The notes beneath the pieces are model-generated. The model ran no database searches. It had not been told where the DNA came from and saw only the letters and a list, made by a program, of their open reading frames with translations. 64,000 nucleotides of DNA from assembly GCA_964016885.1 (NCBI GenBank), contig OZ024742.1, forward strand, positions 24,986,001 through 25,050,000, given 5' to 3'. Both the position numbers and the translations under genes were made by a program. Source of the DNA: Eledone cirrhosa. Lineage: Eukaryota. Positions 55,720-64,000 of the stretch are shown one piece after another (position 1 is the stretch's first letter; every line of letters starts with the position of its first letter).

Positions 55720-56190
55720 AATTTTACAGGAAAGATGCCTGCAAAGTCATTTTGTGCATCATGACTCCACCCTTCCCTACAGATACAAAATGGCCAATAT
55801 AAGGAATGAGACCTTCTGGATATAGCAACAGATGCAGCAAGGGTAGTGACAGACATACTAGCATAGTGGAATTCCAGAGAGTTCTCACTGGAAACAGCTA
55901 CCCTACTTCTCTCACCAATCACCAAAATACCAAGGCAGCAATACACAAAAGAACAAGGAGAACACGCACCCCAAAGGATAACATATGCTACATAAAGCTG
56001 CCACACTTCAATAAGATGACAGCTGCCATCAACCAAGCCATCCATAGGGAGGGACTAAGCATATGGCTGGCACACTCAAGACTTTCATTCTTTTGTTTTG
56101 GACTGTTTTAGCTTCGCATCTGAAAAGAGGGTTAAAGCTCTGAAATATCATGATAAAATACACTAGGTAAAACATTACATTGTTTTGTTG
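55720..56190 (+). mobile_element. Penelope-like element fragment (RT thumb/linker) plus terminal segment
   Basis: HHDSTLP..FQRVLTGNSYP..YIKLPHF..AIHREGL resemble Penelope post-RT motifs; followed by the segment shared with 2352-2460. Confidence 0.65.
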
Positions 56191-56506
56191 CTTTATTTAC
56201 CATCATTTATCCTTTGTATTTTTCTACCACTTTCTACCGGCATTTTGAAAATTATCAGTCTTTTGTTAGACATTATTTACCATTATTATGGGGGATTTGT
56301 GAAGGCACGTGGCAGACCTCTCAATCGTGAGGTTGTGAGTTCGATTCCTAGACTGGGTGATGTCTTATGTCCTTGAGCAAGACACTTTATTTCACGTTGC
56401 TCCTTCTACCTGGAGTTGCAACTGATAGATAGTATTAGCAATTGGAAGGACCAATGGAAACATTGTTTCCTCGGTCCGATTTGATGAAAGTCAATCGACT
56501 GTCATG

Positions 56507-56665
56507 GGGGATTGGCAGTATCGGTAGAAGGTCAAACACCATGCTTTGAAGCATAGTTACGCCCCTTTATAGTCTGAGTTCAAATCCCGCCGAGGTTAAC
56601 TTTGCCTTTCATCCTAGTAATGTACTGTAATTGCTGGCCTTGTGCCAAAAGTAGAAACAACTATT
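56507..56665 (+). mobile_element. SINE family A (internally deleted)
   Basis: Head, B box and tail present. Confidence 0.8.
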
Positions 56666-57344
56666 ATTTTTCACATATCATACAGCATTTGATGCTGGTG
56701 ATGGAATACTGGTGCCAGCTCTCTACAACCAGTGGACTGAGGTGGTACCTTCAATTGTCAAACATTTTTCTGAGTATCCTAGAAGATCATGAATTTGTAA
56801 CACCAATATTGTTGAAATTCTATTAAATAATTCTCAGTAGTTTGTCCCACTCAATTCATAGAGTTCAGCAAGTTTGTTACCCAAGGGGCCATATTTTGGA
56901 TCTTTTGACCTATGCGAACTAAACTATTTTTCAAAATCAACATGGCAACAATCCTTTCCTCTTCCAACAAAAACAACCCCTTCCTCTTCCAATTGTGAAG
57001 CAAAACATCACCACCTTAAACATAGAAGACATTTTCCTAAGGGTCCCCTCAGTGAAATTGAACCTGAAAGCCACACAGTTGCAAATCAAATTCCTCAATG
57101 ATTTGGTCACAGCTGCATCTAAATATTTCAAAAGGAACAATAAAGAAAAAGACAAGGAATAATGATTTCTAATTTATGATCAAAGCTAGCAATTTGTGAG
57201 GAGGCGAAGTTGATTACACTGACCCCAGTATGTTTCTGGTATTTTATTTTATTGACAGTGGCAGCATGGAAGGCAAAGTTGACCTCGGTGAGATTTGAAC
57301 TCAGAACATAAAACATTTTATCCGAAGCTCTATCGGGCAAAACC

Positions 57345-57552
57345 AACCAACTGGTGACCCAGGGGTAAACCTCGAGCAAGATGGTTGGATAACATCCATG
57401 AGCATGGCATGTTTTTCTTGGGTGACCGAGCTGGATCAGTTGGAGATGGTTGCTTCTGACAGGACCCACTGGAAGGTGTGTTTGAGGACTCTGCCCCTAT
57501 GGCCCTCCCAGGATAAGTGGGTAAAGAAGGAGGAGGAGGCAGAAGAAGAAGC
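57345..57552 (+). mobile_element. RTE-like LINE 3' fragment
   Basis: PRGKPRARWLDNIHE..DRTHWK; (GAA)n tail; homologous to 41415-41712. Confidence 0.65.
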
Positions 57553-57959
57553 TCTAATGATTCTGCTATTCCACTGTAATAATTCAACAGTATATTGCTC
57601 ATGGAGAAATTTCACATCACAAAACCAAAGAAACATCAATAAATATAATTCAAAACATCAATAAATATAAAAATTGTGAAATATTGAATTATTTAAGAGA
57701 CAATGGTCACAATTTGTTTCTTTTAAATTATTTCTTCCTTCCTTTAATTTAAAATAGTATTATCATTTTACCCTACTTTTTTGTGATTCCATTTTTAAAA
57801 GTAACTTTGATTCGTATGTATTTTGTTGTTTTTAATTCTGTGTATGTACTGAGTAAATTTTTTGGTCTTTGAATTTCTTTTCCATTATTAATGAAATGTG
57901 ACATATTTACTCTGCAAATACAAAACTCAAAGTAATGTTTAGTGAGGTATCTAATGCAT

Positions 57960-58120
57960 GACGATAAATTTACTGATGTGTTTGACATTTCAGTGAATTT
58001 ACTGACATGTTTGACATGACGGTGAATTGATGTGCTTGACATGACGGTGAATTTACTGATGGGTTTGATGTGACAATGAATTTGATGATGTGTTTGACGT
58101 GACAGTGAATTTGCTGGCTA
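57960..58120. repeat. ~22-26-bp degenerate minisatellite
   Basis: Repeated TGACATGACGGTGAATTTACTGATGTGTT-like units. Confidence 0.7.
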
Positions 58121-58292
58121 TGTAGTGGCTTGTGATGAAATTGGCGACGAAATTACAGGTGGTGCATTTAAGACAATGTAATTACCTGTTATGAAATTTA
58201 CTAGACACTGTAATTTGCAGAAGAGTTGGTCATCATTTCTAGGTTCCCTTGGGAACTAATTCCAATGCAGATTTAACTCCTAGTTGAACCAT

Positions 58293-58682
58293 AGGCAGTA
58301 TCGGTAGAGGGTCGGACGCCATGCTTTCCAGCATAGTTATGTCCCTTTACGATCTGAGTTCAAATTCCGCCGAGGTTGACTTTGCCTTTCATCCTTACGG
58401 GGTCGATAAAATAAAGTACCAGTAATGCACTGGGTTATTGCTGGCCTTGTGCCTAAAGTAGAAACAATTATTTAGTTTATACTTTATAGGGCAAGGGATT
58501 GGCAGTATCGGTAGAGCATCAGATACCATGCTTTGTAGCATAGAATTTTGGCCCTTTACGTTCTGAGTTCAAATCCCGCCAAGGTTAACTTTGCCTTTCA
58601 TCCTTACAGAGTTGATACAATAAAGCACCAGTAATGCACTGGGGTAATTGCAGGCCTTGTGCCTAAAGTAGAAACAATTATT
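58293..58682 (+). mobile_element. two head-to-tail SINE family A copies
   Basis: ATTATTTAGTTTAT at 58467-58480 and 58677-58690 bounds the second copy. Confidence 0.9.
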
Positions 58683-60083
58683 TAGTTTATTCTGCTAACA
58701 TTTCTACCGAGTCAGAACATTTAACACCAATCCATCCCAATTTCTTCTTTCCATTCCTTTAGATTGTACTATTAATAAATGCTAAGAAGGATAAGAAAAG
58801 AAAAAAATCAAACCTCTTGACCGTGTTACAAACAAAATTCTCTACAGCAACCTGCTGCTCATTAGCCATACCATCCATACCAGGTGTCTTCAACTTACAG
58901 GTAATGTCATTAGAAGCAACAAACCTGCTCCAATATATATGTATGTATAAGCTGTACTTTCCTAGAGGCTAGAGTGTCAGATCATGATATATGTATGCCA
59001 TGGTTACAGTGGTGGAATTATGATCATTATCATCAGCATTTAACATCCATTTTTCCATGCTTACGTGGGGTAGACAGGTTGTCATATGATGGGACAAGTC
59101 AGGTCTGGAGACCATGTTTTGCTCATACAGATCTGTATTTTGGCTTGGTTTCTACAGCTGGATACTGTTCTTAATGCCAACCAATGATTTGTGTTCTTGA
59201 GTAAAACCCTTAATTTACAATTTCTTCAGTCAACTTAGCTGAAAATTAGTACCCTTCCTGTTACCAATACCTTTTCTGAAGACAGAGAAGCTTCTAAAAC
59301 TATTTTTTGTATTCTCTATAAAATGTTTATTTTTCTTGTGTTGAATTATGTTCCTGAATATAGATTATATTAGAATTTCTTATAATAATAATTATTATTT
59401 GATAACATAGATTATATTAGACTGTTTGATAATAGTAATTTTATTGAAAACTATGTCAATGACAAGGATTGGTAGAAGGTCTGATATGTTAGCTTGTTAG
59501 GTTGGGAGGAATATAGAGTCAATGGTCAATTAAATTCAACCCAGTAATACTTGACTGATATTTATTTTATCGACTTCACCAGATGAAAGACAAATCTACT
59601 CCATTGGGATTTTATCCCTGAATGTGATTTGATGTTACTAAAAACAGGGAATTTAATTGTAATCTCTATTGATTCTGCCATTTCATCATCATCATTGACA
59701 TCATTATTGTCATCATTATTGTCGTCATCATCATCATCGTCATTCAAATTCTACTTTCCCTGTTAGCAAGCGTTGTACTAGTCATCCATCAAAGACCATG
59801 TCAGTACTTCATTGAAACGTTTGACCTATCAGACAGGCTGGGAGTCTACATCTTGTTCTCATAATCTACTGAGTGCACTGAGTGCATTTTATTGTGGCAC
59901 CAGCATAGAAATGTTTTCATGACTTTAACACAACTGAAGACTCCTCCAAACCCATTGGTTGGTAGGTTTTTTTATGGTTAGATGCCCTCCTTACCACCAA
60001 CTAATTTACATATTGTACTGGGGGTACTTTATAATGTCACCAGCACTAGGGAAGCTGCTATGACTTTGATACAACAGAAGAGT

Positions 60084-60282
60084 CTTCTTCTTCATCTTCT
60101 CTGCTCACTTATTCCTGAGAGGGTCGTGGGACAGAGTCCTCAAACACTCCTTCCAGCTTGACCTGTCAGAAGCACTTGTCTGCAGCTGATCTGGCTAGAT
60201 CCCCAAGTGAGACAAGATAAGCTCATGGATGTTAATCAACCATCTTGCTCAGGGTCTGCCCCAAGGTCTCCTGCCAGCTGGT
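60084..60282 (-). mobile_element. RTE-like LINE 3' fragment
   Basis: Reverse-complement homolog of 57345-57552 with (TTC)n tail. Confidence 0.6.
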
Positions 60283-61123
60283 TTGAAAATTGCCCCAGTG
60301 CATTACATGCACTTTATTTTATTGACCCCATATGAATGAAAGGCAAAATTAACTCCAGCGAGTTTAGAACTCAAAACGTAAAGGGCTTTAGAATACATGT
60401 CTTCTGGGAACAGCTGAAATATTGAGAAAGGTTCTGGACTACCAGCAGCAGTGAAATGACAAGGAATTATATGAAAAATTTGGTGTTACCCTAGGTTACT
60501 AGCTGTAGCCCAGTATTTGCTAAAATAACCGACCCAGAGCAACATCAAAGTTGGACATGATAAGTAATCAAATATTAATAATGGTAATGATAATAATAGT
60601 AATATTAATAATAATAGTAATAACAAGATTCTTTTTATAGTTGAAGGATTTTCTATGAGAATGGTCAATATGAATTATGGAAATTAATGTGGAAGTCTTC
60701 TTGTAGGTTTGATGATATGAAATAATTAAGTATTATAAGACATTAACTTAGTAGTGATGTTAAGTATCAATCTATTATTGATCAAAGCTACAACAACAAT
60801 AACAAATATATATCTCTCTCGGTATCTACCTAGCAATGAAGCAAACTGGTGTATATTAGTAGACTTATGTTGTCTTCGCTTCAGTACACCGATGCTTATT
60901 TTATACAGTAATTTCAGCTATAAACACAATCAATGGTTGCTACTGATAATAACACACAGTTGAGAAATGAAGAAGATTATCATTGTACTTGTTGATGTTG
61001 TTGCTGGTGTTGTTGTTGTTGTTAGTGGTGATGGTGATGTTGGTGTTGGTGTAATGGTAATAATAATGATAGTTATTATCTTTATGAATATAATTCATAA
61101 GGGTGTTGACGGTGACTAAGGAA

Positions 61124-61154
<31 letters not shown>

Positions 61155-61233
61155 CAGGGTGTCCTTCCGAAACGTATACACACTTCAACAGCATTCTAAT
61201 AAATAGGTGCATACATTTTTAGGGGACACCCTG
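61155..61233. mobile_element. 79-bp Tc1/mariner-type mini-MITE
   Basis: TIRs CAGGGTGTCC..AAACGTATACAC / GTGCATACATTT..GGACACCCTG in a TA context. Confidence 0.75.
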
Positions 61234-61606
61234 AATATATATATATATGAATATACACATATATACACACACACACAGATATGACAACGAGCTTGGCTCT
61301 GTGACTAGAACATTGGAGTCACAGTCATTAGGTTGTGAGTTTGATTCCTGGACCAGACAACACATTGTGTCCTTCTAAAAGACCCTTTATTTTACTTTAC
61401 ATTGTTATAGGTTACTCGGGAGTAGAAAGGAGTTGCAATGTGTCTGGTGCCAATCTGTATAGGCCTTTGCTTTTTCCTTGGACAATATCAGTGGTGTAGA
61501 GAGGGGAGACTGTTATACATGGGAAACTTCTGGTCTTACACAGCCTAGGCTTCTACTTCAGAGGGGAAATTTCTGGTTGCAAACCCATGGTCATTAATGA
61601 CCAAAA

Positions 61607-61797
61607 GGGTGGTGGATTGGCAGTATCGGTAGAGGGTCGGACGCCATGCTTTGCAACACAGTTACGTCTCTTTACGGACTGTGTTCAAATCCCGCCGAGG
61701 TTAACTTTGCCTTTCATCCGTACGGGGTCGATAAAATAAAGTACCAGTAATACACTGGGATAATTGCTGGTGTTGTGCCAAAAGTAGAAACAATTAA
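61607..61797 (+). mobile_element. SINE family A, full length, nested in an older SINE; 11-bp TSD
   Basis: ATTAATGACCA at 61593-61603 and 61793-61803. Confidence 0.9.
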
Positions 61798-61821
61798 TGA
61801 CCATAAGGTCAAGTAACCATT

Positions 61822-61880
<59 letters not shown>

Positions 61881-61885
<5 letters not shown>

Positions 61886-62611
61886 ATAAACGTGCTGCGT
61901 GGTTGCTAATGGGTTACATATGAATAAAGTTAGTCCTTCATCAGTGATCTTCCAACCATCATTGGTATTTCATCACTTTAAAGACCATATACCTCCAGTT
62001 GGTGCGAACAACGGCTAAAAAAAGTCGTTGGGACACGTAAATAAAGGGGACACGAGAGTGTAAACAAACAAAGATGATGAAGCAACGAAAAGTGAGGAAG
62101 AAAGAGTCAACTCCCAAATTTCCATGAATATAAGTTCAGTGAAATCGTGAACGAGAGAGAATAAAGACCATCAAACCTGGTTGGAATGTGAGCAAGGAAA
62201 GAATTCCGTACAGGTCTAACAGGAGGAAGAAGGAATCTAGTCTGTGAATTCGGTGAACATAAGTTCTGTGAAATCGTAGACGAGAGAGAGAAAAAAAGCG
62301 AACCTGCCTGACCAAGGGTGCTAAAGAAAAGAATTACGCACAGGTCAAACGGGAAGAAGGAGGAGGAGGAGAGGTAGTAACAGAGAGTGAGTGAGTGAAG
62401 GGTGAGGAAGAGGCTAACAGAGAGAGTGACTGTTAGAGAGGGTAAAGATACAGAGAAAGAGGAAGCAGTAAGAACGAAATAGACGGGTCACAGCGGTGGA
62501 AAAAATATGTGTAAATATGAGAATAAACGTGCTGCTTGGTTGCTAATGGGTTACATATGAATAAAGTTAGTCCTTCATCAGTGATCTTCCAACCATCATT
62601 GGTATTTCATC
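61881..62611. mobile_element. 731-bp non-coding element with 94-bp terminal direct repeats, flanked by (TA)n
   Basis: 61881-61974 and 62518-62611 differ at one position; no ORF; internal diverged duplication (~62130 and ~62259). Confidence 0.75.
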
Positions 62612-63155
62612 GCTATATATATAGTTGGTTTTACCTGTTGAAAAATGTCTAGCTATTCTTTCCTGAGACATTCTAACCACATGCCCATAGTATTGGAGCT
62701 GTGATCTCTCAATTTGGATTTGGAGAAGTAGCGGCTCTACCTTGAGTGACTTGTTCAGGCTTTAGGTAGAAGGGTCTGTTCGAAAACTATATTGCAGTCT
62801 CCATTTCATGCCACAAAAACTGGCAATAAACTTGTAATCTATCCTGTGAGGCATGGGATGGGCACATGAAGATTTGTGTATCCTGAGGCCACAAAGTGGG
62901 TTTAGAAGGGAGCAAACCATGACAATTAGTGTCCATCACTTTTCTGATTATCCTGGCAGTGCCAAGTTGTCATGTATTTTGCACAGTCTCTATACCAACA
63001 TCAAATCCAGTATGTTTTAATTTTTATAAAGATATCTGTTATACATCCTAATGCCCCTATAATTATTGGTAACAGTTTTACCTTATTTACTTCACCCTTC
63101 CATACTTTCAAAATTTCAATGTTTCCAAAATATTATTATTATTTTTCTTTTGCAG

Positions 63156-63207
63156 GTTTTATACAATGACTTGCCGAGTTATTATCTGTGTCTTGTAGCC
63201 AGAGAAG
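63156..63207 (+). other. candidate 52-nt spliced exon
   Basis: TTTTTCTTTTGCAG acceptor and AG|GTAAGT donor; one open frame VLYNDLPSYYLCLVARE; no recognised homology. Confidence 0.4.
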
Positions 63208-64000
63208 GTAAGTGAATATGTAGTTGCTTTTAGCTATTGCATGGGAAGGGGGAAGTGACATGAAAACATATAATTTACAGGTAGAAATGTGTACTTGGTA
63301 CATATAACTAAATGTTGAATATATATATATATATATATATGAAGTATAGAGATATATAAAGTATAATTCAATTTAGGTGAAGAAGGCCCAATTTTCAGGT
63401 ATGTCACATTAACTTACAGGTATTTTCTAATTCATATTTAGTTGAGAGACCTCTTCACAGTATATGTGCTCTGATAGTCAATACTACTTTCTGAAATGTC
63501 TGAAGAGATGATTCACTTTGGATATTGCTAAGATATTTCTCACACCACTTTCTTATCATACATAAGACTTCTATAATCAGTGGGACTGTTTTGGTTTGAA
63601 GGTGCCACATTTTTTCGATCTCTCTCTCTCTCTCACACATATGCACACACACAATCTCTCTCTCACACACACACATTCTCTCACACATACACATACATAC
63701 ACACACACACTTTCTCTCTCTCGCACACTCACACTCACACATAATTTCTTTCTCTCTCTCTCCTTATTTTTTCAAATACTTATACTCATATGTTTGTATC
63801 TGATGGAATTCAATACTCATATCAATTAATTTCAAGGTTTTATCTTTCCCTTTTTTTGCTTATGATATCTTGTCTATTAACTTGAATTGTTTTAAGTGCA
63901 AAATCCCAGAGTATTGTTACATTATCTCTTTCATTTACTGGCTTTGTTGGTGTTTATACCAGTTTAACGGTTGTATTTATTTTGTAATGGTGTTATAGCT

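Noticed and set aside
61900-61950. Canonical hammerhead in the 94-bp direct repeat
   Set aside because: CTGATGA is present, but no stem II-GAAA-stem III-UH arrangement follows

Overview
Eukaryotic, AT-rich, repeat-dense and apparently non-coding (intergenic or intronic) DNA. The tRNA-derived SINE families and very abundant (TA)n/(CA)n/(GA)n/(CAT)n microsatellites suggest an octopod/coleoid cephalopod (inference from recalled repeat families, not a search). I found no intact host protein-coding gene; nearly all ORFs in the track are microsatellite or transposon by-products. Main contents: (1) a ~12.4-kb tandem array of a 52-bp unit (~8480-20900) with nested higher-order periods of 988 and 4316 bp; (2) many copies of two SINE families, one forming head-to-tail chains; (3) decayed fragments of RTE, CRE and Penelope-like retroelements and of Tc1/mariner transposases; (4) a non-autonomous Helitron and hAT, piggyBac and Tc1/mariner MITEs; (5) short non-coding cassettes embedded in (TA)n tracts that carry type I hammerhead-ribozyme motifs (best at 46409-46465, 37977-38059 and 8168-8210), covarying hairpins or terminal direct repeats. 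Group 5 is the most interesting signal: a candidate Penelope/retrozyme-like, microsatellite-associated RNA element system.
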